Part shown: one piece after another, positions 27,542 to 39,931 of the stretch
Layout: every line of letters begins with the position of its first letter
Position numbering within the stretch: the first letter of the stretch is position 1
DNA from: Camelus dromedarius
Taxonomy: Eukaryota
DNA length: 64,000 nt
Reading direction: 5' to 3'
Assembly (NCBI RefSeq): GCF_036321535.1
Contig: NC_087437.1
Span: forward strand, 83,826,001 to 83,890,000
Position numbers and translations under genes: made by a program
The notes under the pieces: model-generated
The model's database searches: none
What the model saw: only the letters and a program-made list of their open reading frames with translations
What the model was told of the DNA's origin: nothing

Positions 27542-27959
27542 GGCTACAAAGACAAAAGCCATTAGTTAAATACACAGACAATTAGACTGAGAACACAAGT
27601 ATCACTGTGGGAACAATCAATTAATTACCTTATGCTAGATGAACATGGTATGGTATAAGCAAATCATATAATCAGATTTATTACCTTGATTCACATCTTA
27701 CTGTACACCAATGTAAGAATGCACATGGTCTCTCAGGCGGCATTATTAAATAATTGTAGAACATAAACCATCTCTTACTTCCTTATAAGAGATAAATTTA
27801 GAACTACACCCATTTTAATGTAAATTTTTATATAAAACTTTTTGGGTTTTATATAAACAAAATATCCAAATTATATTTTAAATGAGCTTGCTATCTTCAA
27901 TATATTCATATTAAACTTAAAACTCCAAATGGAAATTTACTATATGTGGTAGTAGGTGT

Positions 27960-28478
27960 GGTAAGATGTGGTGAGATGGCCTGCAATGATCCCTGCATCC
28001 TGGCATGAATGTCCTTGTGTGATTTCCATCGTGGATGAGACCTAATATCATACTTAATAGCCAACAGAATATAGCAAAGTGATGTGAGGTCACTTCCATG
28101 ATTAAGTTACAATAGATAGTGATTTCCATCGTGCTAGCAAACTCTCTTGCTGGATTTAATGAAATAATCTCATGATGGAGAAATCTACATGACAGGAATC
28201 TGAGACTGTTCTCCAGCCAACTAGCAGTAGGAAATTAAGGCCTTCAGGGCAACATCCCTCAAAGGAGCCATATAAATGAGCTTGGAAGCATATATTTGCC
28301 CAATTGAGCCTTTAGATGAGATCACAGCCCTATCTGACACCTTCATTGCAACCCTGTGAGCAACCCTGCAGAAGCTAAGCCATGACTGAATTTGTGACCC
28401 TAGAAACTGCAAAATAGTAAATGTTCTTGGTTTAGGTTTTAGGGCAATTTGTTATGTAGCAAGAGTTAACTAAATGTA
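27960..28478 (+). mobile_element. MaLR LTR, MLT1E/F-like
   Basis: gccaacagaatatagcaaagtgatg...gtcacttccatgattaagttaca...gagcttggaagc...ctgacaccttcattgcaaccctgtgag. Confidence 0.8.
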
Positions 28479-31378
28479 CTGTAGTAAGGAATAAAAATTG
28501 TTGCTGTTGATGTGTGGGTCTTTTTTCTCTTTTGGATTTTAGAACCTTAATATATCACTATTTTCTTTTTTTCTTTCTATGTAAGATGTATCCACTCTGC
28601 CCCTGTCTCTCTGGAGTACTTTTTAAAAAATAGGTGTCACATTTCCTTCATTTCACCAAACATTTTAACAATACACAAATCAGAAGAAAAGGGAAAGAAG
28701 TATGAAAATTAATAAATTCCTTATAAGTTATAAAAATTTTTCAAAATTATCTCATCTGTTATACAAATGCAGTGAAAATAAAGTATCAATGTAATCTTTT
28801 CTGTAAGATTGTGAATTTCATTATGTGACTACAAAGGTATATAATAATTTCTATAATTTTAGGCTAATTTATCAAGCAAATTGTTAACATGAAGTATTTC
28901 AATTACTATAATTCACAACTATCCTCTAAACTTGTTCTTTTGTCGTATTTTTACTTTATATATATTAGGTATTTGATTTTATATTAATTGTGTTATACTT
29001 TAAGTTACACTTTACATTAGGATTTTGTTGATAACCAGAGAGATGTAGTCATTTAAAATAATTACTTAGAAGTAATTCTATATCCTTTCAGTCGTTCATT
29101 TATTTACTAATTTATTTATTTAACAAGTATTTCTCAAATAACTACTATGATGAGGCAACTTGTAAGATTGGAAAATGTATACGTGAGATAGCAAATGTAA
29201 ACTAAATAGCCCCCAACATAAGATGTAGAGTGTTGAAATGTAAGTAAAATAATATTAACTTAAAGTCTATTATGATAGGCTAAGCTACTAAGTTCTTAGA
29301 TGTGCCAGGAATAAACTGGTAAGATTAGTTTACAATGATTTTATATTAAGATACTGAAGTAAGGTTTCTTTTGTTAACCTCATTTCATCATATGGCTTGT
29401 TAAGTTTAAAACAAAAATAAATACATATCTAATAATTATGACCTCACAAGGTATAGGAAAAATTAAGTTTTGAGTTTCTTCCAAAAAAAAAAAAAAAAAA
29501 AAAAGAACTTGTTGATATGGGGATAGTCCTTACTGTATTGACAAAAAGAAAACTTCATTTTTAATTACTAATTTTCAACAAACTCTGAAAATCATAGATA
29601 TCGTTCCAGTTAACTAAGGCACTGACTTTGAACTCTTCATAAGCACATATTTACATTATAAAATATTTTGAAAGTTGGGCATAAACTGTCATTCTTCTTA
29701 TCCATCTCAACTGTAGGTATAAACTGTATCTCTTTTTAACCTAATAGTCAGTTTTCCACCTTTTTACTGAGAGTCTATAGTATGACAGGTTTTCACTATG
29801 TGTCATCTCTAATCCTTATATTAATCTTACAGGATAGCTATTATTATTATGAATCTATTTTATAGGTGAACAAACCAAATTTCTGAAAGATTAGTAAACT
29901 GCAGAAGGTCATTAAGTGAATTAGCAGCAAAACTGTGATTTAAGCTTGCAACTGTCTGCCTTCAGTCTCTTTCTTTTTCATTCATATCATAATGTCCAGG
30001 GAGAATGGATAAAGCCCGTCTTCCATTACATCATTTGATTTAGGAAGTTATGGAATTCTTGAATAAAAGGCACTTAGGTCTTGCTATAATCTGTCATTGA
30101 TCCCATTCTCAGCTGGTTGGGCAAAGGGATTTCTAAGAATAGAAAAGAAAATGAATCTGACCTCTACTACAAATCCTTTAAGTTGATGGACAAGGACAAA
30201 ATTTGTATCTGATAAGATCATCTCATCTAAATATAGAGGAAATGAGCCATAAATTCAAGATTCTTTTTGTGAAGAGTGAATTGTGGATTCACATCTGGAA
30301 TACTGCTGACATTTTTCACTGTCATGTTGCAAGAAAACATACTATAGCTGTAGAAGAGGAACAAAAATAATAAAGGTGATGAGAGAATTTCTTTAAGATA
30401 GCTAAAATATAATAGATTCTATAGTACAGAGAAGAGGCTGGCTGGGGGATCACAGGGAATTAGGAAAAGTACGCAGAGTAAGCGTTTTGCTTTGCACATT
30501 ATCATGTGAAACTATGACCTCAAAGGAGGTGGCAACACCTGAACCAAATACTAGGCTGAATAAATCACTGGTTTGATACTCATTTTTTTATATCCCTTTT
30601 ACTGTCTTTTTGACTTTCTTTTACCTGCAGGTGATTGCTGAGACACCAACAGTTAAAACTTTCTGATTCTTCTATGAAAAAAAAATTATGGAGACACTAA
30701 GCCAGAAGAGGAGAGGGTTGATAGTGGAAGCAACGATGAGTTTTGTATAGATTAAGGGATAGAATATGAATGACAGGGAGATATTATGCATTTCCACTGA
30801 AGCTATGGAAAGAGGGAAAGCCAAACATAAGAAGGGTGCCCTATGGGCTTAGAGACGCAAAAATGATTTTTTTTCAATGGAATAATGTTTCAAAATTATA
30901 CATACTCTGCTGGGCAAGTTTTTCATTTAATGGTTTAGGTTCAGTACTACCCCGAGAAAGGGATAGCCTTTCAATGACCTTTTCAGCCCATGATTAAAAT
31001 TCAGTTTACTAGTTTTCTCATTATCTCTCAAGATATGTGTAAAATAATGATTCTACCTTAATCTGGCTCTTTTAGCCTGGGAATTTCTGTTTTACAGTCC
31101 TCTGGCCACAGTTTTTCACTTTATGATGCAAAAAGTCAAAGGAGATAGATGATCTTGATAGGCTCCTATGCAACAGAGATCCTCACTTCATTTAAATGGA
31201 AATGTGCATTTTCATGGAAATTGAAGCCTGTATTGATGAACAAAGATAAGTTGCAACTACTATTCAGAATAGTGATATACAAAAAGTGCTCTAGGAAACT
31301 TATTAAAAAAAACCCAGTAAGATATACACTGAAAGACAGGGATTTTTAAGAATATATATATAGCCTAGACGCTGGATA

Positions 31379-31942
31379 TGTTAGGTAGTTAAATAAGTGG
31401 GGGCACCGGGCAGATAAGGTGGAGGAGAGGGAAGATGGTCTGGAAGATGGTGATATGCCCATGCTGTCTTCAGCATAAAGGGGCTTTAGTTCCTCTAAAT
31501 GAGTGCCAGCAAGAAATCAATTAGAACTCAATGGCTGTGACTGCACAGTATTGATAAGGACCTAACCAGACATGACCCAATGCTCATTGTAATATAATAA
31601 GCTTTGCGTTTTAGGCCCCCGCCGTGGGTTTTTCTGTGTGCATCATGGGTAAGGACATGTACAAAGGGGAAGGAGCAAGACTAAGCACTCCAGGGACAAA
31701 AGCCATCAATCAATCATGAGACCACCTCTAAGCGAGGGTATAAGAGAAGGGGCAAAAAAAGACCATTGTTACCCACCCTTGGATCAGCCTACCTCCTGTT
31801 CTTGTAGGTGTACTTTTGCGTTACTAATTAAATCGTTAAAAAATCTTTCACTACCCACAGCACTATGCACTTCTTCCATCTGAATTCTTCTCTTTCGGGC
31901 AAGACAAGACTGAGGTTTTTCCCTTCCCCTTTTGGGGTAATG
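31379..31942 (+). mobile_element. ERV1-class solo LTR
   Basis: Starts TGTTAG, ends GGTAATG (decayed GGTAACA); 4-bp TSD GATA (31375-31378, 31943-31946); TATAAG box near 31738; U5 tctgaattctt...aagacaaga. Confidence 0.8.
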
Positions 31943-32679
31943 GATAAATTAAATTTTCTCAGGATTTACTGCATAATATTTGGATGGTTATAAAGTTGAA
32001 ATTCCCAGGACAAAGGCTACAAAAGATATATTGAAGACATATGTCTTTAATAAGCATAGTGACTTAATATGAAAAAAACTAATTAATTAGCACACTGTCT
32101 TTTTATATAAGTAGATATTAGCCATCTAATAAACATTCTTCAGTGAACATGTTAGAAATGTCACAGGTTAGGTGTGATATGCCATGGCCTTTTCTTTCTT
32201 AAAATTTTAACGTAACTATTTTGGGGTTCATTTTTTTAATAACACATTTAAGAAATATATAATGATTATATATTGTGTCTCCCATCTGGAGATCTAAAAA
32301 GCATTCTTAATTATTTCTTTGTGAAAAGCCCTGCAGGTCTTGTAGATTTTTCCTCAGCAATGAATTGGTATCCCTGTCTACAGCTACTCTCAATGCCTTA
32401 GTCAGACCTGGTATCTTTCACCTGACAGTTACCAAGACCTGGTGTTTTGCCTTTCTTTCCCATCTCCCCCAGTCCCCTTCACCTCTGTACAGCATCTACA
32501 CTGCCCCTTAAAGCATTTAGTTTACACTTTCAAGGGGAATATCTAATGCACTCAGATGGTGAAGAAGTAGAGTTTGAGAAGAAACAATCAAATGGGTGGG
32601 GAAAAATAAAGGTAGGAGACAACTTAAGGAAACTATTTACAGTAAAAATTTGGGCAAGTAACCAGTCGTGCAATTATGT

Positions 32680-33075
32680 TAATGGGGTTCAGGGCAGGCT
32701 GCCCCCGAATGTTCCACTTTGGCATGTAGATTATTTTGAACCAAAAATCAAGGCCCCAAAGACTCAGGGAGTGGTTTATGCCATCCCCTTAACTGTCTAA
32801 AAGCATCTGGATAGAGGGCCTGGTCCAGGAAGAGCTATCACCAAAGATGACTAGAGAGAGTAAGTCCTAGGAATGATCAGCCTGCAGGAAAGTGGGAGTG
32901 GGTCTGGGGATCACATTCCTCTCTGCCTTCCATGGTCAGTTTGGCTTGGCAAAATTTGTGTATGAAACATTTGCTCTTCCTATCCCCCTGTGAATTATCT
33001 TCCTTTCTTTTGAAACCCCAGGCCCACCCTCTTCTTAGCTCAAAGTGGCCTGTACTTAAACATTCCTCCCCTACA
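32680..33075 (+). mobile_element. MER34/MER39-like ERV1 solo LTR, apparently internally deleted
   Basis: 5' end atggggttcaggg...ccactttggcatgtagattattttga, 3' end ttcctcccctaca; perfect TSD ATGT (32676-32679, 33076-33079). Confidence 0.8.
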
Positions 33076-33980
33076 ATGTCATGGATGGTATAAAACTCTG
33101 TTAATTTTCCTTTAGTTTGATTGAACATTGCTTTTTCCACAATGCTGCTGTGGGGAATGTCCACATATTCATTATATTTTGATATGCAAATAAGAGTTTT
33201 AGGAACAAGACCTAATGGGTTTAATTAACAACAGAGCAGTACAGGCCAGGGGCACAAAGAGGGATGTTGCATTACAACAGTTTTTTCTCATAAAGCATTT
33301 TTATTTATATGATTTTTCTGAAATGGACAGTAAAAGGTCACTTAGCATGATGTTTGAAAGTTGAAATAGTCAAAGATGAATAAATACAAAAAAGAGACAC
33401 TGACTTATAGTATTAACCCCATGGTTTAGATATTCCATTTTTGCCAAATAAAAGGAAAACCATTACGACTTATTAGAATTTAGACAGGAAGAATATGATC
33501 GTAAAATAGTCTCTTTAATAGTTATTGTTTGATTTGGCAATATCTGTCATACTTTTTTTTAGGACAAAATGATATTTGGTTAAAAAAAAACACTAGAGAA
33601 AAACTGAATTTCTTCATTTGTTCTGCCAACTAAAGAATGTGCATAACACTAGCCATCCGGCTCTACAAGGACTGAGTCCTTGGCCACCGCAGCTGCTGGC
33701 CTTTGACATGTCTTGAAAGGATTTCAGGGCAGAAGTCAGGAAGGAGGCACTCTGTGCCCTGGGAAAACTGGCAGAACAGGGCTTGGAGACAGTTACATAT
33801 TTTATGGAGAAATTTTTTATGAACTTAGATTCTTGTATCTTCCCATACTTAGAAAAGCACTAAATTAACCACATGTGTTCCAGGTGACTAGCAGCAACCT
33901 TCTAGTGAGATGTGAGATGTGTACTTGGTTGCACATACACTCTTTGCCAAAATCACATATATCCTGACCTTCCCACTTAC

Positions 33981-34301
33981 TAAAAGGGAGCAGGACTCTG
34001 TGTGCCCACAATCCCTGACTCACGTTTATAGAAAAGCTGAAGTCTCCAAGGCCTCTCAGCATTACAGAAGAGCAGGCTTAAGCAGTTGATTAGGAAAAGC
34101 CTGCAGGCATTGGGGGATGGACGACTCTGACCCCCTATCTCACCAATTAACTGAGATTACTCCTGCGTTTCCTCTTAAAACTTTCATGGCTGAACAGAAT
34201 CTTAGGAGATGGTTTTTTTGTTTGTTTGTTTGTTTTTTTTTTTTTAGGAATGCTGGGTGCATTAGATTGCAGGCATTCTGATTAAAAGCAGCCTTCCTTT
34301 T
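33981..34301 (+). mobile_element. Middle ERV1 LTR, 3'-truncated
   Basis: Starts TAAAAGGGAG right after TSD TTAC; LTR-like ttaaaactttcatggctgaacagaatc...gcattctgattaaaagca. Confidence 0.55.
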
Positions 34302-34904
34302 TGTTACCAAGGCTGTTTGTTGCCCCCAGGATCATACCCCTGCCCTTCTCTGGAATAGAAACCAATTACTCTTATCTAAGTCTCAGGGGGCAGCTGCAGA
34401 GAAGAAACAAGAATTGTTTAGAACCCAGTTCAACATGGTAGAGGATTTGACTTCCAGTGGACCTTGAGCCTCACCGTAATGTATTAACATGCTAAATGAC
34501 ACAGCCCTCAGCACCATGACAGTTGATGACTGCCATGACAAGAACCGGAAAAGCCCATACATGGACTGAAAGACTCGAACAAGGGCTGATTGGCTCCATC
34601 ACACTAGGAAGAAAGATATGTTGGCAGAAGCCTCCCATGAGAGTACATGTGGCCCAGCCCGGCCTGGAGCTGTCCATATTGCCCCTCTTGGCTGATGGTT
34701 CCCACTCGAGTGCCTTCTCCTCACTCAAGTGCTTTTCTTTCCTTCTCTCTGCTCAAGCACTTTCTTTCCATTTCCCCGTCTGAGCAATAAAATGGTTGTT
34801 CTCTTTGTCCCTCTGCCTCCGCTGTGCGAATTCTTTCACAGCCAGTGGCAAGAACCCACACTTTGGTGGGCTTCCTAATTTAGGGGTCCCTCCATCTGCT
34901 AACA
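34302..34904 (+). mobile_element. MER41-like ERV1 solo LTR (innermost layer)
   Basis: TGTTAC...TAACA ends; MER41-type core gctaaatgacacagccctcagcaccatgacagttgatgactgccatgaca; AATAAA near 34786; U5 gaattctttc...caagaaccc. Confidence 0.7.
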
Positions 34905-35555
34905 TTACCTCTTCAGAACAGTTTCTCAGAGCTATCTGAGAGGCTGTCTCTTGGGCAATATTCCTCAGTAAGGCACTAAATGAACTTAACTCACAGCTTT
35001 TAAGTTCTGCATTTTAACTTGATAGTTTACCTCTCAGATACTTGATTTATCTCTCAATATTATGATTTCAGACATTAGTGTTTAATTCCTGTATCTACAG
35101 AAGCAATGGAACAATGCAGTATAAAAGGTCACACCACTTTTTCTTGGGGACCAGAGGAAGAAAGCAGTAGGGTGCAGTGAAATTATTCAGCCTCCTCTCT
35201 TTTCTGTTTCTCTGCTGTCTTAAGAAAATAAACCTCCAAACTAAATGAATATAATGCAATCACTCTTTTCAATTATGCCTTAATGCCTGTTGGTATGCTT
35301 TATGTTCAGCAGAATGGAATAGAGGATCTGGTTCTATTCCAGGTTCTTAATCTTTCTGGTAAGACAGCCTCTTTGGCTCCAAGCAGTAAGATTTAAGTGT
35401 ATAGGACCCTTACATCAGATTTCAGAGGGAGAATTGGCCATGCAGGAGACGAGATGATCCATTGTGCATGGGGAATAAAATGATATAAAGTAGGACTTTC
35501 TCCAAACATCCCCGGAATTCTTGATGTGGTGCTAGCTCTCTGTGCACCTGGAAAA

Positions 35556-35718
35556 TGGTCAGCTTCATGGGCAGAGTCACGTGGAGCCTTGAGTTTAGGA
35601 GGGCCCTGCTGTTTGTTTAGAGCTCTGCTGTCACTGTCTTGAAATTCTTAATCATTTTTTAACATTTTCTATATTTTCACTTTTCACTGATCCCTGCAAA
35701 TTATGTGGTCAGTCCTTC
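35556..35718. mobile_element. MER91A-like hAT-Tip100 MITE
   Basis: gctctgctgtcactgtcttgaaattcttaat...ttttcacttttcactg...caaattatgtggtcagtcct. Confidence 0.7.
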
Positions 35719-35829
35719 TGGTGAAGGGTTTTGGAAGAAGAAAGCCTTTTAGACCTTTGCAAAGACATGATACCCAGATGGAATGGTATATTCTGCTCTC
35801 TGTAAAGGATTACACAGATATCTAGCATC

Positions 35830-36314
35830 TAGAGGACACTAGTACTCCCCTTCAGGATCCAGTCTTTCTTTTCTATTTAGTAGCACATTCCCCCTCCACT
35901 TTTAGGCTGCATAGCTGCCCAGTCAGAGATTGTATTTCCAAACTCTCTTGCATTGAAGTGTACCCATGTGATTGTATTTGGAATATTGAAATGTGAATAG
36001 ACATGGTTGCAGTTTCCAGGTTATTGTCTTAAAGACAAAGCTAATTACTCTAAAGACAAAGAGACTGAACTTTCCTTTCCTTCTGATAGGCCAGAAGGAA
36101 GATGTGCTGGTGACCAGCTTTGACTGTTCAGAGGAGGAGGACACCATAGGGGAAGGCAAAGCAAAGAATAGAAAGAACTTGGGTCCTTTCAAGACCGCCT
36201 GAATGAGAGCCAGCATGGACTACTCACCCTGGGTCAAGGACTTGAAAGAGGAAAACATTTTTATCCTGGATCTCTTTGTTATACTGGTGTGGCCTCTGCC
36301 CTAAGTAACATACA
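35830..36314 (+). mobile_element. MaLR LTR, MLT1I/J-like
   Basis: gtatttccaaactctcttgca...ccatgtga...ggaaggcaaagcaaagaatagaaagaacttgggtcc...taacataca. Confidence 0.65.
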
Positions 36315-36871
36315 GAAGAAATTCTTGGGAGCTCACTCATAATAAATTTGTATTTATCCAGAATAGTTGAATGATATAGAGGGAAAATTATTAATTTGTA
36401 TTAAAATTATATAAAACTATATTGAACCTAATTGTATATCAATGATTCTCAGAACACTTCTAGATCTTGCAGGGCCTTAAGGTCATCAGTGTGAATACTA
36501 ATTATAGTATATGCCTATAGATGTTAGGACTCAAGTAAATATATAATAACCTATGACAAACTCCTGAAGCTGCTCTTTCAAAATAAATTCTTGATTCACT
36601 CTAGTTTCACTGTAATTTATCTCAATACTGAAAGAATGACTACAGGATGTTAAAAATAACTTTCGTGGATTTTCTCATTGTTTGGAAACTGAATTTGGGC
36701 ACTTGCAATACTTTTTAAAACAGTAACAATATATATACAAGATAATTTTACTTCTCATTAAAAATTTTTTTTCAATGACTAAAACTGCTAAGATTTAAAA
36801 TATTATGTTGATAAACCAGTTACAAAACCCCTAAGAAACCGTATCTTCAAAAGTGTAGATTTTATGTTTAC

Positions 36872-36997
36872 CTGCCCCAATGACTCTCTCAATGCGTATC
36901 CTTGAGGGATCAATCTCCTTTGCAAATTCATGGACTGCTAGGGATGGGTCTTCGTATGTATCAGGATCTATGTAAGTTTTAATTCCTGGGAAGCGTA
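36872..36997 (-). CDS. EPHA6: EPHA6 coding exon, juxtamembrane 2 / start of kinase: (L)[41 protein letters not shown](G)
   Basis: 126 nt, translated by hand. Acceptor ttttgtggcag|TA, donor GCAG|gtaaac, phase 1/1. Carries the Eph regulatory tyrosine motif TYIDPxTYEDP. Confidence 0.97.
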
Positions 36998-37096
36998 CTG
37001 CCACAAAACAAAAGACTGAATTAGTTCAAGAGTATTCTAGTAACCACACATCTTGTCACTATTTAAAATGAGGTGTGATGTACTGAAGTAGTCATT

Positions 37097-38053
37097 TTTT
37101 TTTACTGAAGTATAAATGACAATATTATGTTAGTTTCAGGTGTACAACACAGTGATTCGATATTTTTATACATTACAAAATGATCACCACAATAAGTCTT
37201 GTCACCATCTGCCATGATACAAAACTATTATAATTTTATTGACTATGTTCCCTGTGCTGTACATCACATACCCATGACTTACTGTAAGTCTGTATCTCTT
37301 AATATCCCTCACCTATTCCACTCCTCCTCTCACTCCCCTCCACTTTGGCAACAGCTAGTTTGTTTTCTATGAGTCTTTTTCTGTTTTGTAATGTTCGTTC
37401 ATTTGTTTTTTTATTTTATTTTTTGGATTACACATATAAGTGAAATCATACAGTCTTTCTCCGTCTGACTTATTTCACTTAGTATAACACCCTCTACATC
37501 CAACCATGTTGTCATAAGTGGCAAGATTTCATTCTTCTTTATGGCTGAGTAATATCCCATTGCATATACATACCACATCTTCTTTATCCATTCATCTATC
37601 AATGGACACTTAGGTGGCTTTCATATCATAGCTATTGTAAATAACGCTGCTTTGAACACGGAGGTGAATACATCTTTTCAATTTAGTGTTTCTGTTCTCT
37701 TCAGAAAAATACCCAGAAGTGGAATTGCTGGATTGTACAGTAGTTCTATTTTTAATTTTTGGAGGAACCTCCATACTGTTTTCCACTATGGCTGCACCAA
37801 TTTACATTGCTACCAATAGCATGAGCTTTTCTTCTCCTCCACATCCTCCCCATCACTTGTTATTTGTTATCTTTTTGATAATGGCCTTCTAACAGCTGTG
37901 AGGTGACATCTCATTGTGGTTTTGATTTGCATTTCTCTGATGATTAGCAATGTTGTGCATCTTTCCGTGTGTCTGCTGCCCACCTGTATGCTTTCTTTGG
38001 AAAAATGTCTATTCAGGTCCTCTGCCCATTCTTTAGCAGATTGTTTCATTTTT
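37097..38053 (-). mobile_element. 5'-truncated L1 (ORF2 C-terminus + 3' UTR), sense to EPHA6
   Basis: ORF-track peptides DEWIKKMWY...[10 protein letters not shown] and [12 protein letters not shown]...[11 protein letters not shown] are L1 ORF2. 13-bp TSD TGA(A/G)GTAGTCATT at 37084-37096 and 38054-38066. Confidence 0.93.
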
Positions 38054-39616
38054 TGAGGTAGTCATTCTTGTTAATCACTTAAATTCAATTCTGTCTTCTC
38101 TTCCTGTCTCCCTTCTCCCCCCACCCCACCCCATCCCCATCAAAACTTCGAATACTTGGAATCAACATTTTATTTACCTAACTGTTGATATAAAATGACC
38201 TGGTGGTTTTAGAGAGAGTGAGCTGACAAGTTGAAGAAAAAAAATTTTTATTGTATTTCTGTAAAAAATGTAATTAACTCACTTAGCCACTAGCACTGAC
38301 ATAGCTCAGGGCTTGGGGGAAACGAAGCATAAGCCTTCCCCTCAAACAAGCAAGCCCCTTAGCGTCCCTCCTGGACTCTGTACTCTAAGGCACTAGGTTT
38401 TCCTGAATTCATGTCCCAGTCCTGTAGTCTCTCTTCTTCCAGAAACTCTTGGGCAGTAAAGCATAGACCCCACAGCACAGTGGCAGGGAGGACCACTACA
38501 CTGTGGATAACAGGCCTTTCCTGGGTCTTGTAGTTGCTTCCATGGTCAGATTGCACACTGTCAGTCCTGGAGGCACAGATAAGAATCAAAGGTCCAAGTC
38601 TGATCACTGGCCTTGTAACTGTTCCTCCTTCTCTGGTGGGGGTGGAGTGCTCACAGCCTGTGGGCAGTTAGGAAGACGAAGGGGGGTGGCTGGAAAACTT
38701 GAAAGCCTGGTTGCATATTAATTTTCAACTTCTTCATTATGTAAGGAAGTCACAGACTGCCTGTGGATTTTTCTCTGTTTTGCTCATTGGTTTCTGTTTT
38801 CCACATTAGATTGCTAGGTCCTGGAGAACAGGAGATAATTTCTTATACATCTTTGCATCTTTCCCAATACCTGAGGTATGGTTTTACAGGCAATAAGCAC
38901 ACAGCACATTTTTGTAGAATATGAATTAGTAGGGATTAAAAGATCAATGCTAAATTTGTGGCATAGTGAAAAATATTTGGTTTTGTTGCTTCTTAGATTT
39001 TGAAAGCCATACGACACCCTGAGATAAGCGTTGTCTAGGTCTCCTTAGAAATATGCTCTTGCAAGAAAATCTCAAAGCAAACCAATGAAAGGTAATAAAG
39101 TGAGTTGACAGGAGGTGATGAGATTATTAGCAGTAACTGTTTCATGAGTTCTACACCTGTTGTCTTCTTTCATTAATTTTGCCTCCTGTCTTCTAGTACT
39201 GGGTACGTACTCATGAAATTAGTAATTCCAGAAATAGCACTAGTATGGCATATTTCTAGATAGACTTGACAATGATTCTGAAATGCTATATTTTTCTTGA
39301 CTTTCTAAAGGCAAGATTTAACTTTAGACTGGAGGAAAGGAGAACAGATCATTTGTACCTCTAGTTCATATTCTTAATGATACTTTTGTAATATAGTAGG
39401 AGTTGTGATTTCAGATTGAATACTAGAAACTCAAATCTGGTGGCTACTATTAGATGATTAACAGTATCTAACAGGATATGTGGTCATGTTGATAACATTA
39501 CTTTAGGCACAGATAACAGATGTAATTTATTAACTCATACATGGTTTTAACAATTCAACCACTCAATTTTTAAAAAGTAATATACATTTCTACAGAACAA
39601 ACTGATTAGTTAGCAT

Positions 39617-39931
39617 TGTAGTAGAGAATAACCTTTGTTTTGTTGGAGGTTTACAGGGACACCATGACCTGGCCCATGGGGATGGCTGCAAGAACAAAGA
39701 ATGCCTGCAGCAAGAATATTGCAACAATCAACCACACCCCTTCCCTTGTTTTTTTTGTATAAAAGGAGCCTGTATTCTGACTAGAGCAGGATGGTTCTCC
39801 ACGATATTAGTCTGCCATCCTCTCCGTCTGCCGGCTTTCTGAATAAAGTTGCTATTCCTTGCCCCAATACCTCATCTCTGGATTTACTGGCCTGTCATGC
39901 AGTGAGCAGAACGAATTTGGACTCGGCAACA
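39617..39931 (+). mobile_element. Short ERV1 solo LTR
   Basis: TG...CA ends, perfect TSD GCAT (39613-39616, 39932-39935), TATAAAA at 39758-39764, AATAAA at 39842-39847. Confidence 0.88.

Larger units (their letters stand above)
33624..35024 (+). mobile_element. ERV1 solo LTR (outer layer) interrupted at 33981-34904
   Basis: Near-TSD GTTC/GTTT. Removing the insert restores ...tatatcctgaccttcccacttac|ctcttcagaacagtttctcagagc..., colinear with the related intact LTR at 57222-57695. Confidence 0.8.

Noticed and set aside
37411..38049. ORFs with protein-like sequence (MIDEWIKK..., MKQSAKEW...)
   Set aside because: Broken L1 ORF2 remnants, not a host gene.
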